In this document: piece by piece, positions 13,043 to 27,226 of the stretch
Layout: each line of letters starts with the position of its first letter
How positions within the stretch are numbered: the stretch's first letter is position 1
DNA from: Azolla caroliniana
Taxonomy: Eukaryota; Plantae; Polypodiophyta
Assembly: GCA_043228905.1 (NCBI GenBank)
Contig: JBHGNT010000011.1
Coordinates: forward strand, 21,390,001 to 21,454,000
DNA: 64,000 nt
Direction: 5' to 3'
Position numbers and translations under genes: made by a program
Notes under the pieces: model-generated
What the model was told of the DNA's origin: nothing
Database searches by the model: none
The model's input: the letters and a program-made list of their open reading frames with translations, nothing else

Positions 13043-14825
13043 GACAACATGATTATCTTCTATGGGGTACAGTTTAGTCACATTCTTTACGGAAAATGTT
13101 TCTAGAAAGGATTTGGAGCATTGATTCAATATTAAAAGAAAGATTATTCTTATGGAAATTCTTACTTGGAATTTTACCGATTGGGATAATTAAATTTCTA
13201 TTGAAGACAACATTGCCATAGTAAGGTGCATAGGATACAAAACTCCAAGATGTGTAGGAAACAAAACTCCATTAGAATTAGTTAACCAATTACTAGAATT
13301 TCCACAAAACTAAGTGATCCTCAGAAAAGGTAAAGCAACACCTCATCAGTCTCACATATTCTTTTTATTGACCATGGTACTTGCCACCTATATGCGACCG
13401 CCGTCGCCGATGTTTTTTTGTCATATAGAGATTTGAACCCAATGTCATGAGCCTAAATTCACTGGAGAAGTATTCTCCGTCGCTAGTGGAAGAAGCGGTT
13501 GGATCTTCTAACCATTCTTCTCATGAGCATATAAATAAAATGCCATATAGAGATTTTAACTCAATTTCATGAGCATATAGAAAATGGTGTATAGAGATTC
13601 AACCCATGACCTTAATAGAGATGTCATTCTAAATGTCGTACTTGTATAAAGGCCAAGTAGAAGATTATGCATAATTGTGAGGTAGTAACATGCATGCATT
13701 CAACCATGATACAATAAGGTACTCTAGCATTGATGAACCGGTTTGGCTAGTTTTTTGTGTAATTTATAATCTTTTTCTTCTTTTTAATTCACTTAGATTC
13801 CTTTCGTATTCTCCTCTTATTTTCTTCTTCAATTTGATTTTGTTCTTGGTGATGGATGTAACAATTTGAATCCATATTTATCCTTGTTCACTCTTTTTCT
13901 TTCTCGTTGATAACGTCTTTCCCCATTTTTTCATAACCATGGCAGTTGTAAGTGAACAAGAATACAAGCATGTTCCTATGGATCTAGAACACTTTAACAA
14001 GCAAGTTAATGACCTTGGAGCAAGAGAATCAAAAGGCTTATTGGGGGATCCACAATCCTAACTTGCGAGCACTTTGAATCACACTTCCTCGTGTTTGGTT
14101 TGCAATATTACTAGTGTAAAGATGTCCTATTCTAGAGAGCCCGATGAGTTTGCTAAGGAATTTCAAACTTTTTTTGGAAATATGGATAAGGCAAGAATCG
14201 CTATCAATAAGATTCAAGGTTACGATAATGAGATCACTCAACCTTGATTTATGAAGATTTCAAATGTGATAAGTTAAGTTGTATTAAGCAATTGTTGTAC
14301 ATGACATGGTTCAGGAAGGCATATTAGAGAAAGGGGAATAGATTAAAACTCCTTTTAAAGTCCATGCCAAAGGGTCACCCCAATTTGGAAAGGGCCAAAT
14401 CTTATTGTAAAAAGCTATAAAAGTTAGTTGTTGGTGACTTTTGTTGCTCTTCTTCCTCCTCATGAGTTGATAATAATAATCATGTAACTTAAGTTTGAGA
14501 TCTCTTCCCCTCCTCCCTTAATCTTTCTTGTATGTGTGTTGTAAACTTTTGTATTAATCAAGACAAGGTTCACACTAGTATACATGTTGTGCGTCTTCAT
14601 CCTCATATGTGTATGTTTACTCTTTAAGTTAGTCTTAATACTTATTTAGTCCCTTAGACAAGGGTTAACACCAAGAAGTGTGAGTAAGAGTGCTCACAAG
14701 TTAAGATTGCGGAACTGGCAACTCAAGAGTGATTGACAACCACTCTTGCCTCATTTGCTACAAATAGGGATTATGTCGGTGGTTTGAATCCCTTGGTCCA
14801 TGACACTGATGTGGGTCACTTTGCG

Positions 14826-15258
14826 TGATCGTGGATTATTGAGGTTTAATCAAAGTTCCAATTCGAAACAAATATGCTTTGTACATGATCTTAACATGTC
14901 TTTTGGAGCACTTGATTGGAGCCAAATACTTTAAAAGTTAGGAATAATTGGGCAATGAGTTGAAGATCGTGTTTCACATTCATCATGACATTTTAACTAT
15001 ATAAGTTGGCCTTCCTACCCATGAATGCACTAGAGGGTTTTCAACATTTGGCCTATGATACTTTCAGTACTTCTTAGTATATTTATGATCATTCATGTAG
15101 ATTACATCCGAATATTTTCCATGAAGACTCAAGAGAAGCATGATGTACATGGTCACTAACTCCTACAATTATTATGAAAATATGGTCTCTATGGTAAATA
15201 TAGTTTTGATCGCAATCAAATGGAGTTCCTAGGATACATAATATCATTGAAAGGTATG
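14826..15258 (+). mobile_element. Ty3/gypsy reverse-transcriptase relic
   Basis: VDY*GLIKVPIRNKYAL (cf. CVDYRGLNKVTIKNKYPLP), LIGAKYF and MEFLGYIISLKG occur in the expected order, heavily disrupted. Confidence 0.7.
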
Positions 15259-15817
15259 TGCCATCTCTAGATGCATAACATTGATCACAAGTATTCCCTT
15301 TGTTTGGAGTTCTTTTTCGTTGCCTTTGTAGGTCAAAGCTGGATTGTCGTATACCCTTTCATTTGAAACACGTGAGGTTGATCATCAAGCACACTCTAGC
15401 TATTAATGCTCGTATATTATGATTTATATGAACTCTTCCTCCCTCTCTTGAATCGATACAATAGAATAACACACTACTAGTCAACATTTAAATTAACCTT
15501 TACAAGGTAGATGGGTTTTAATGCACACATGTGGTCACACATGATGTGAAATCTTACGTTTTAAAGTTGTGTTTCACTAATTGAACACTAGTTGTATACT
15601 TAGTTTGTTATGTCAAGTTTTAACCTCAAATGGTAATAACTTATAAGGATGTGTAGTCCACATGCTCACAAAATTATTTTTGAAGTTTTTTTTATATATG
15701 TTAGATTTGGTGATTTTGTTTTAAAATATGACATGAAAATAGTAGTTATTCTCTTTATAGACACTTTCACATACATGTGATATCTTTTACATATAGACTC
15801 ATGTATACATAACTATA

Positions 15818-15947
15818 AAATAAAATTCTATTATATCACATGAATCACTCTTGGGAAACCTTTCATTTTGTAAAAATATTAAATAAAATTCTATTATATC
15901 ACATGAATCACTCTTGGAAACCTTTCATTTTGTAAAAATATTAAATA
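15818..15947. repeat. Near-perfect tandem duplication, 2 x about 63 bp
   Basis: AAATAAAATTCTATTATATCACATGAATCACTCTTGG(G)AAACCTTTCATTTTGTAAAAATATT occurs twice with a 1-bp difference. Confidence 0.95.
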
Positions 15948-16332
15948 GCTATGAAAAACGATGTTTCAAGTTGTACTTAATTTAATCCTAATAGTGATAT
16001 GTCTTTCAAGCAGACATACATCTTATATGTTTTGTCATTATCATGTCATGTTTATTGTTGATTGATTGGAGGCATAAGTAAAATTATGTATAAACTTTAC
16101 ATTAGGAGTTGTTTGTTGACAATGTGTATCATAAATCTAATAGCATTGCTCTCCAAATTGTCGATAAGTTCAAACTTTAATAAAGTACTTTATTCAAGTT
16201 AAAATTTTATTGTTGTTAAATTCAACAAAGTTATTCATCCTATAAAATGCTAGAGTAGAATAAGTGAAAACTATGGGAAACTTTGACTAAAGTATATTGT
16301 GATTTTACAATGTGAGAAGGATAGAGTCAAAA

Positions 16333-18452
16333 TGATACTCATGTGATTCCCAAGGGCACTTCAATTAGATATTTAGGATGTCAAGTAGGTTTGAATATTT
16401 CTTCAGAAATCCAGGTTGCTTCATTGCTATTGAAAATAAGGAAAAAGCTATTGTTTTGGAGTAAAGTTAAACTATCATTTGCGGGTAGAGTGATAGTTGT
16501 TAATCAAGTTTTGTTCTCTAGTCTCTCGTATATTATGTCATATTGGAGTTTTTCAAGATCAATTACAAAGATTGATCCGAAATTATTTGTGGTCTGGTAA
16601 TGATGGAAGCCATGCCGGGGCAAAAGTCTCTTGGTCCACAATTGTTATGCCATTGGATCAAGGAGGATTAGGGATTGTAGATCCATTACAACAATCCAAA
16701 GCTTTGATTGCAAATTTGGTGATTTGAGGATTGTTGCAAGGATCGGAACCTTGGAAACAATTGTTGTTTTATGAATGACAAAAGTTTTGTCCAAAAACAG
16801 GTGGAGATTGGAGGCCTTGTTTTAGATGGGCTTTTATGGAACATAACAAATTGGTTATGGCCACAAACTAGGATGAGAGATTTGCTCAATGTGTTCTTAA
16901 TGCATGGAAAGATATTTCTCTTAATTTAGTTAAGACATTGCCAAAAACAGAATCTGAATTCTGTAGACAACGCATGATTTGGAATTCATGGTTGACTGAC
17001 CAGAGAGGGCAGATTTTGGGAATGTGTATTGGATGTGCATGGGCAAAATTAGATCATGGGCCATCATAGTCTATAGGTGCATGGGCAACATTTCTCTCTA
17101 AACCTATAGATCAACAAATGATACTAATTAGTAATATAAGGGGTGGGAAGATAATGTATTCTGTAATACAAAATGCCCTTTTTAATACTCAGATGCAAAT
17201 TGGATCTGCTACACATAAGTGGATGGGTTTATTTACTCCATTGGATGTTTTAATTGGAGTTAAAGCCTATATTGGGGAACAAGAGTGTATGAGTTTTGAT
17301 GTACAAGATGATGGTAGACTAATCTTTACACCTAGGGAAAATGATTTATTTACGTTTTGTTTGCATAAAGAAGTGAGGGTGATTGCAAATCATGGATCAA
17401 ATTGGGTCGTAGACCTAGATCCTCAAAAGGTGAATTATTTTTGGAGGATTTGGATTATGGAAAGGAGACCCATATCAAGATTCACTTGGGATCCTGGAGA
17501 ACTGTATTGGAAGGTGTGGGTGCAAGATCACATCAAATACGTGTCGTTCTTTCAGTATTTTGTGAAGATTGGTAGGAAAATATTAGGTGCTAGATCATGG
17601 AAAGAACCAATTGCAAATGTTGTTTGGAGACGAAATGGACTTTCTCCACAATATCTCAAACAATTTTGGAAATGGCTATGGGGTATAAAGATGAGTAGGA
17701 AAATTGTTTATTTTCGATGGTTGTTGGTTCATAATCCTATACCAATTAATGGGTGGCGAAAAGGAAATGTAGACAAGATGTGCCCTTTCTGTATAGATGT
17801 AATAGAGACTGCTAAACATTGTTGGTGGAGTTGTGGTTTTGCTTTGGATGTATGGAAACGGATCATAAAATTATTAACTCCATTATATCCTACATTAGTG
17901 TATACATGGGGTGCAATATTATGGGCGGTGGTACATGATAAACCTATGGTATATGAACAAGAGGTTGCAGATACTATTGTGATGCGACATGGTTTGATGG
18001 AATTTTTTTTGATCACTCTGAATCCACAAATACAAACTGATAAATCTCAAATATGGCAATTGGTAAGTAGTATTACAATTTGGTATATTTGGAAGGCTTG
18101 ATGTTTGAAGGTATTTCAAAATGTGACTAAAAGACCTGCCCAAATAATTTCGGGAATTTGGATAGAGATTGTGCATAATCTCAAAGGGTTTTTGGATAGT
18201 ATAAAAGGTAATACGCATCAAGTAGAGCTTAAGCGTTTGGCGTTTCATGCCATTTGGGACATAGGTATATTCTATAGACGATGTTTTGATAAGGTGGAGT
18301 GGTTCTACTCAACACCAAAGTATTTATTTAAACCGATAGTTAGAATTTAGAAAAACATTGGGAATCGGTGGTATATCTTGTATGTTTAGCCTTATGGTGT
18401 TTCCTAATACTAATGAAGTATCTTTTTTTGGTAAAAACAGTGATACTCATGT

Positions 18453-18453
<1 letters not shown>
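16333..18453 (+). mobile_element. 5'-truncated L1-type LINE (ORF2 C-terminal half) with 13-bp target-site duplication
   Basis: IRYLG, LSFAGRVIVVNQVL, RNYLWSG..AKVSW..GGLGIVDP and zf-RVT (CPFC..ETAKHCWWSC). TSD TGATACTCATGTG at 16333-16345 and 18441-18453. Confidence 0.92.

Positions 18454-18521
<68 letters not shown>
18450..18521. repeat. (GT)n(GA)n microsatellite
   Basis: Directly visible. Confidence 0.95.
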
Positions 18522-18522
<1 letters not shown>

Positions 18523-19554
18523 CAAACAAATTCTTAACCTTCAATTTAATCAGATGGCTAGATTGGGTTTGGTAACGGTTAAGGATGCTATGTTGGTTTC
18601 ACAAAGAAGATTAATGGCTTTTCGAACAATAATACCAACATTTTGTATTCCAAAAGGTTATAACTTTATTTGGGATAAGTTGCAACAAATAATATCTTTG
18701 CATGAGCCAATTCCTGATTTAGATGGGTGATCTCAAGAGCTTGATTGGAGGTTTGTTGGAAATAAGAGATTGACAATGATCTCAACGAATGTTGCTTATC
18801 ACAAGTTGATTGACAAACATAAGTGGTTGGAAGAACGGGTTATAAAGATATGGGGTTTTCATAAGCGCATTACTTGGTGGTTTCATGTGATCAAGGCAGG
18901 TTGGTGTTCTCGATTGATGCTACGATCCAAGGTATTTATTTGGAGAGTTATGGTTGGAGCTTTACCATTAGGGGATGCATTAAAAAAAAGAAACATTACT
19001 AAAGGATTGTGTTTCTTTTGTTCGGTGGAATTGGAACATAGTAGGCATCGATTTATTTCATGCCCGATGGCAAGGATGGTTTGGTGGTGTATTAATTTAG
19101 TGTGGATGTCTCCATCAGGAGTAAGTCTATCTTCCTTTAGTTGGGTTTTTGCACATATGGAGAACAATGAACCGATGCCTCATTTTCAAATTATTTTTGA
19201 GTTCTTGAGGTATTGGGGGCTATGGTTCAATTGGAATATGCGGAATGCCTTCATTTTTTATTCGCAAGTTGGGGTGAGAAAATATGTTCTAAAGTTAAAA
19301 GGACTTCTTTTGTGGCAATTGACAGTGCTAGAGAAGTCACGAAATCTCAACTAGGAAGAGAGAGAACTCTGCAAGGTCACATATTATCATACTCTTCATT
19401 TGATTGGTGTGTAGGGTGGCATTGAGTTTGGTGTCGTAGTATTCTTTAGATCCCTTGATAGAAGGGTTCTATACTTTGTAGTAAGTTAGTCATGGTGGTG
19501 TTTTTTTCTTTCGTAATGAAAGCCATTATTTACGAAAAAAGAAAAAAAGAAAAA

Positions 19555-19558
<4 letters not shown>
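18522..19558 (+). mobile_element. 5'-truncated LINE 3' fragment (zf-RVT region) inside a (GA)n tract
   Basis: KVFIWRVMVGALP, CFFCSVELEHSRHRFISC and LWFNWNMRNAFIF; A-rich tail at 19535-19558; (GA)n on both sides. Confidence 0.88.

Positions 19559-19609
<51 letters not shown>
19559..19609. repeat. (GA)n microsatellite
   Basis: Directly visible. Confidence 0.95.
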
Positions 19610-19612
<3 letters not shown>

Positions 19613-19889
19613 TATCCACACAATATCAAGGTGCGAAGAAATTTTGGCTAGATTCAAAGAAGTTTGGGGTGTTACCATATTGGAGAATATTCCCAACATT
19701 CAAATATATGAAAGATCAATGTTTGCACGTTTTCTACAACATCATGGAATCTTAAGATACAAGATTCAATTAGTGACATACATGCATCTTGTGACAACTG
19801 TTTGTCTTTGTTACTATTCATGAAGCACTTGAAAGTTGATGAGTGATGGGAAATCAAATTTTGGTGTTTAAAATCTTTAGTGGTAGATT

Positions 19890-21900
19890 AGAGATGCCAA
19901 ACATCTCTATGTATGTGAGGTAAAATACAATATTTGATAATCATTGTTCAATATGTTGATGAGCACGGGCAAAATTTTTAAGTTACAATTGAGTAAGGTG
20001 TCTTTCCATCCAATAGAGACCCCAATTCATGAGAGAGGAAATGGATGTCTTATGCAGTGGACCTCATGTACCATTGTTTTCTACTGAAGTAGCAATATTT
20101 CCAAGTTAAAAACAAAACTTACATTTGGGCTGCCTCATTTTGACATGTCACCTTAAGATGATTAAGACTAGAAAACAAATTGTTGTTTCCAACTGTTTGC
20201 TATGACTTTAAAGATGCCAACTAAAATTCTCAAGTAATTTTGATGAAAGTGACTGAAGTAAGTTTCTAAGAACCCAACGTTTTAATTTCCAACAATATGG
20301 AGTTGTAAAGAACATGTAGCTAAATCTTAACAAACCTTGATTATTATCGAGCTAGTGAAAGCCACTTATATGACAGTTGTTACTAAGTTTACACACATAG
20401 TGCATAGTTTTAGGAATCTAGAGATACGAGATTCAACAAGATGCATGTACGAATCCTATTATAGATGTTTGGCATTCATACTACTGTTCATAGAACCTTT
20501 GAACATTTTTGAGTGAAAGCATATCGAGCCGTGATCTACATACATGTATATACAATACTTTGTCGCATGCCAAATGCCATATATGTGAGGTAAAGAACAA
20601 TATTCGCTAATATATGTCCAATAATTCTACGAAGTGTCGGAATGTGGGCCTATCTTGAAAACCTTGAGAACTCTTTACTATTCCATGAGGGAGAGGGTGT
20701 AAGATGAGAGACACAAAGATCAAGAGATGAAATAGTATTATGGACATAATAAAGATTTAAAATTACCATTTTCGGTTACTCCAAATATGAGAACCAAAAT
20801 GTTATTTCTAACTTGTTCAAAATTGAGTGAAATCACCTTAAATATAACTTCAAAACTTAATTGCAAGAAACCTCGAACGAATTTGAAGAAAATTTGAATG
20901 CTATCGTGGCTATGAAATTCTCATCCTCCATGTTTAAGACAATACATTTCACACAATATAGTTGAGCTTGGATAATATATGATTTTATAATAGAAATGTG
21001 GAAATCTTATTACACTTTTAGATCTTCAACAACTTACAAATTATTTGAAAGTTTATGAATGATACGTCATACACACACATTTGGTAGTGGGTACACTAGA
21101 TATTCCAAACATTGGAAGGATGTTCCTCAACATTGGAAAACAAAATAGAGAATTTTAAAAATCTCCGGTCATTTTGATGGAAATCAATGAAGTATCTTGA
21201 GAGCTCTTTTTTCTTGGACTACTATCTGTTGAAAAGAAAGTTGTCGGAATCCACAAAAATATTGAGTACCATTGTTGCGGAGAATATTTTTACCCATCAT
21301 GTCTTTGTCACATGAAATGTGCTAAGTATACGCATTATGTATTGCACACTATCCTGAAATCTAGAAACACGCCATTCAACAAGGGATATGTTTGAATCTT
21401 GTTTTAGTTGTTTCGCAATGGGACTATTCATGAAACCTTTGAATGATGGTATGTCGATGTTTGGTACATCCTTATGTATGTACTACATATGCATTACATA
21501 CATACATATATTATGCTATTTTTTTGTGTCTGCATTAGACATTGAATTCTATATATGTGTGAGGTTTAGTTGTCATTGTTCAGTACTTTGTGAGGTCTCA
21601 CACTATGGGTTCTTTTTATAGTTCCTACGACGTTTTATAAATTCCATGAGAGAGACCCCAAGGTTTGAGATGGATACTTGTTGAATCTCCTCTACTACAA
21701 TATTGGCATTTTCAATTTACGAAAATAATTTACCATTTACTTTACTCATTTGAAGTGATATATTCAAGGTTCTCTTGCAATGAGAAAAAAAAATGTTTTT
21801 GTCATCTTTATCTTAGATAGTTGAGGGGCAGTCAAACAATCTCAATAAAAAAGAATTGATGTATTTGTAGTAGATGAATCTTTCAATCTTGCAAGGCAAT
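19890..21900 (+). mobile_element. Possible highly decayed hAT-like transposase relic
   Basis: Short motif remnants in plausible order (KSPVILMEINE, FLGLL, HYVLH, later VVDES) plus an internally repeated segment (about 19895 and about 20567). No long ORF. Confidence 0.3.
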
Positions 21901-24900
21901 TGGGTTGCAACGACAATTTAGCACTTATCCAAAGGAATCTTTCTTATTACCAAGGGGGGAATGTTTTCAACGCTCAAGTGTATGAGTGTTAATACGTTTG
22001 TACATGCTATGCACAACACCATCATGGAATCTAGTGATATGGGGGATTGATGAATTTCTTTGTTACCAATCATGAAGACTTTCATATGTTTTTGAGCTAT
22101 AGCAATCAATGAAATAAAAAGGCCCTTCTATTCATTTGACATCACAAATACCATTGCTATTGTAAGAAATATCAATACTTCCCTTGGTTAAAAAAAAGTA
22201 GAATACCCTAATTTAGCTTTGTTTAAATTAATTTTCATTTCATTCTTTTTAATAGCTTGCTTAAGTACCATGCACTAGCTTACTCTACCAAATAGTCATA
22301 TTTAATGAATTGACTTTACCGAACAAATAGTCATATTATCACAAAAGGTAAAAGATTGGCTAGTATAGACATTTCTTAAAAGTGCTATTGCTAAGAAGTG
22401 ATATAATACTATTGCATGAATAGAGAGAGGAGCCAATTTCATATTCCAATGCTTCCCAATGGATATAGATAGTACTAGGCCATATGCAATAAGTTTTGTT
22501 TATATTACTCCATATAGCATATGGCAAGAGCTGTGTGTGTGTGTGTGTGTGTGTGGTGAAGCACAAGTTTTTTTAACGATCTATCGTTGAGTAGTTTTGT
22601 GTAGAACCCCTCATACACTCTATCAATGAAAAGGATGTGAGAAGTACATCTTCCCTATGAGAGAACAAGCGAGAGACGAAATGACGATGACATTGTATAC
22701 ATTGGATGTCTTCTACTATTTCAATATCCACATATTCATCTCAGAATATATTTTAACATTTTTGTATACTCAGTTTTTAGATTTAATATGTAGATTCTTT
22801 AGGAAATTGTTCCTCGATTACATATTTTCTAGATTGAAGTATACAAACCTAGCATGGCTATATAAGTATATATGTACTCTTTAACGTGCATCCATTTTGT
22901 GACTAATGAGACATTTTGTAATGTGATAAATAAGATACATCAAGATCACCCTTTTAGTCTACAATTGGTTATAGTTAGCATTATGCGAGTTAAATAAGTG
23001 GAATATGATTGTGTCTTATCTATTCCCAATTTCATCATGAATTAGTTCCTTTTGGTTTGAATGACTTGCGAAAGTTATAAAGGAAACACAATAGACATCC
23101 CACATCAAAGTTGGAAATTCAAAAAATTTCTACCTTCTTTCCTTTCTAAATCGTTCACTAAGTTTGACTAAATTTCCCTAACGTATTTTGAAGATGGGAA
23201 TCTTTTGATTTCCTCACACATCAAATTGAAATGGAAATTTGGCAAAATCAAAAGAAACATTATTATTACCTTTGTGGGGAATTTCTTAGGTCTCATTAAT
23301 CAAATGCCAGGTGCTACGAACTCTGTTGGCCTTGCAACATATAAACGAATCTAAAGCTACATGATTGAGTTGTACAACCGTATATGAATATTTTATGATA
23401 TGTTTGGCTTAGCTACTATTCATGAAGCATTTGAAAGTTTATGAAATGATGTATACGTGTGTGGCTGTTGAGTCAACTTGCAAAACGCTATTATTTATCA
23501 TATATGTACACCAAAACCCAAAATTTGGGTAATCATTGCACGTAATTTTATGAGGTTTCGCATCATGGATTTGCTTTATGAAGTTTAAAGTTCCTTTTAC
23601 GCATTTGTGTCTTATATATTTCTCTTACCAATCACATTTTTTAAAGTTCATATTTTTGTTTAATATTATTGGGTTTGACAAATATTTTCGACATAAGCTT
23701 GTAACTTCTAAGTAGCTTGTCATTAATGTAATAATTGTTAAGACCCTAAGACCTTCGGCCCAATACGTCTTTGGATATCCAATTGATAGTCATGTACAAA
23801 ATAGATAGACAAACGCGACGTTTGCTTTTCAAGACCAATTCAAAATAAAAATGTGACATTTCTTGTGTACCCTCACCTGATGGCAATTAATTAATACTCG
23901 ACGCTACTTGGCCTTGATTCAATACAGATTGAAGATTTAACGTGTAGCTTTCATATATGATGGAAGTTTGTCTTAGTACTACTACACTGATAATCAAGAT
24001 TGCAATATTTGCACATGAGACATTGACAATCAAGATTGTAACCTTACATAGAGATATGATCATTGAGCATCAATATTGATGGACTGAGTGGTTTGCAAAT
24101 GTTCAATTATTTGGACCCTACCATGGTATGTGTGGGGTGCTCCTAATATATTGCAGGTTGTCATATTATGAAGCATCAATGTCTACAGAATGATTTTGTT
24201 CCTTCACTAATCTTGACTTTTAGATGGATCGTATAGGGTGTTGCTAATATATCATAGGTTGTGCTACTTACCCATTGTTAACTTCATATCTGAGCGAGGG
24301 AAATTGTCCAAAATATGTTTACAACGGAGGGGCGACATTCTTCTCTTTTAGAATAAGCGTACTTGTCTTTAATTGTTTGGATTTCACTACTTAGGTATGA
24401 GTTCATGCGTTAAAAATAAATTGTAATGTGAACTCAAGACTAGATAGGTATGAGTTAAAATGCTAAAAAGAAAAAGAAAAACTTATGAAGGATTGTATGC
24501 TATGCTATATAGTTTTGCGAGAATTCAAATTGGGCTACCTTAAATTATAAAAATGTAACTTGTTTGTGCATTGGGGGTAAAAATGATAACGTTGGAGTTT
24601 TTTTTATAAATATCTACCTTGAGAAAAAAATGTCCTTAGAAAAGGATGGATGTATGATTGGACTCTGGAGTTGGAAAAAGCAGGAGCAAAACTTATGTTG
24701 TGTATATATGTCTTGGAATTGTAATCTTACATGTCTCCTTACAATCACATTTTGTGAACATGTACAGATTTAGGTTTTCATATCTTTTTGGGACGAAAAT
24801 CTATAACTGGTTAGTCCAATTGAGATCTAGTTTGAGAGAAAAAATCCTTTTATAAAAGGATAGATGTATGATAAAATAGACACAACTTTGATGATATCTT

Positions 24901-25359
24901 TAAATTTCAATGTAACATATGTATGTATCATGACCGGCAATCACACTTTCTAAATGACTTGTTCATGTCTAAATTGATTTGGGAATAATTTAGAACTTTG
25001 TATTTTTTTTAGTAAATATCTAGTACTTGAGAGGAATAATGATCTTATAAAAGAATAAATGTACATTTGACCCTTGAAATATGGACAATTCATATGACCA
25101 ATGCCACCTTTACATTTCTAAAGTGTTACTTAAGGTTGAGATCATAAGCATATGATTAGAATCAAGGTATGTGAAAAATCCAGCACATCTTTTTAAATCA
25201 TGTCATAAAATCAAGTATTATGTAGGTTTTGCAAATAAACTCTGTTAAGCTTTATCATATTGCATATGAAAGCTACATGTTTATTTGTGAGAGGACTTTG
25301 TTTGTAGAAATTGGTCAAGCAACGGTCGGGTGCTTAGCTTCATGTGAGGAATACTAAAT

Positions 25360-25953
25360 AGGGCTATTCCCGGTATTAAAAAAGGTTCAATTCAGTTCAG
25401 TTTAGGAGATCAAACTCAAACCATTTAAAATTTTTGAAACTTGAATTGAATTGAATTGTGAAACCTCTAAACCAAAACCATTTAAGGAAGGTTCAAGCTC
25501 AAACGAAACGGTTCAAGAGATCTACAAATAGTTCAGTCATGAAGCAATAGTTTCACGGTTTGGTTTTGATTCAAACTAAATTGTTGTTGATTGCACATTC
25601 AATGTAACTTCAACTTTTCAAGAAAGAAAACTAAAACTTAAAAGAATCGTTAGGATTCAAAGTTAAAACTTCATAATAATATTAAAGTATTACATAATTT
25701 ACAAAGTTGATTTATAATAAATTTTACAGGAATGTTCCGCAAACAGTAAAGTCTCTAAGCCACATAATGACTAAAATCAAGTTGTCAAGTTGTCAAGTTG
25801 TTACGATGTTATGTCATTGAGCCTTTATGTGAATGGTGAACCAAACAAAAACATGAGAACATTTGTAAACCTAAATCACACTTGTTACGCGGTTAAACCT
25901 TTAGGTCACAATTTTTGCAATATGGTTTGGCTCCGAACTATTGCCAATTCCTA
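25360..25953. mobile_element. Degenerate MITE-like element related to the one at 49672-50163
   Basis: Starts TAGGG and ends CCTA; clustered GGTTC/AACC(G/A) subterminal motifs (GGTTCAATTCAGTTCAGTT, AAACCAAAACCATT). Confidence 0.5.
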
Positions 25954-27168
25954 GCAATGCAATAACACGTAGAGACTTGAGAACCATGAGATGAGTCCCA
26001 CACAAGGTCAAGTGGGAGGTTTGGTTTACCTTTCAAAGCGTGAGGTAAGAAAAGACAACACCTTTATTGGTTCAAACAAAAATAGGAGATGGGTCATAGA
26101 TTCTCATTAGTTGTATGATAGCTTGTGGCTTGTCTATTAGCTAGCTTGAAGGGACCATGACTTTTAGGAACCTGGCTTTTGTGACGGAAAGATATTCGAG
26201 CACGAAGTGGGAACCCATTAAACGAGATTATCGTTGCACAAAATGGGGAAGCTGCACGTAGAGTTTTTATTGGATTGATGGGGTCAGTTATCGAAATCAA
26301 CAAGTGTGTAAGATAGATTAGAGGGTTATAAGTAGTATAGTCACTTGGTGATTGTTAATATGTCATGCTAGTCAGCGCGTGCATGTGTGAGGACGTGGGT
26401 CGACCACTACAATGAGATAGGGAGTAGGGCACAATGCACACAAGGGATGGGGTGGGTTGAGATTTGGTTGTGAAGGGATATGGAAGACACTTGTGCCTGT
26501 ATATTATATTAATTGGAAGTACTGATGGGACAAGAATTGGCACAAAGTTTTACCAATGACTTTTTTGACAATGGAAAGGTGTGATATAAGTAAGGTATGT
26601 AATAAATGTGTTTCAATTATTGGAGCTTGTCCAGAAGTACAGTTGATCACAAGGTGAATTTAATGCCTTAGCGAGCTGATCAGATCAGATCACGTGGCAA
26701 CTACCTCTACACATCTTACAGTTTACCCCACGATATTTTCAGTCAATTCCTTTCTATTATAACCCCTATCCATGAAATGGGCGTTTCTTTTCTTTTCCTT
26801 TGAACAATTCTATGTTTTGGATCCATTTATGATCATCTAATTCAGCTTTCTGACACGCGCCCTCTCGGATTCATGAGTTGAATTAAGAAGGTGGTTGCAG
26901 GGATTCATGGTTCTTGGTTAAGGATCATATATTTAATGCACCAGAAAGGAAGACTGAGACAATGTGGCAGTTAATTCAGTTATAATTGGAATACATTAAT
27001 TGTTCACGAATACACATAATAGTTGTTTAATTTGATCATGACTAATTTGGATAGAGAGTGCAAACTTACAAATGTTTCAAAGATCATCATTCCTGATTTG
27101 GGGCAACTCACAATTACTAAATTGGGTAATTAACTTACTTGGGGGTGATTTAAATATGTTTTTTTTTT

Positions 27169-27199
<31 letters not shown>

Positions 27200-27226
27200 T
27201 CACTGGGTAATGTGAAGGAGAAAGGG

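Noticed and set aside
13937-14700. Possible LINE ORF1 or LTR remnants (a similar stretch lies at 33640-34250)
   Set aside because: TE-like in character but without diagnostic motifs or boundaries.
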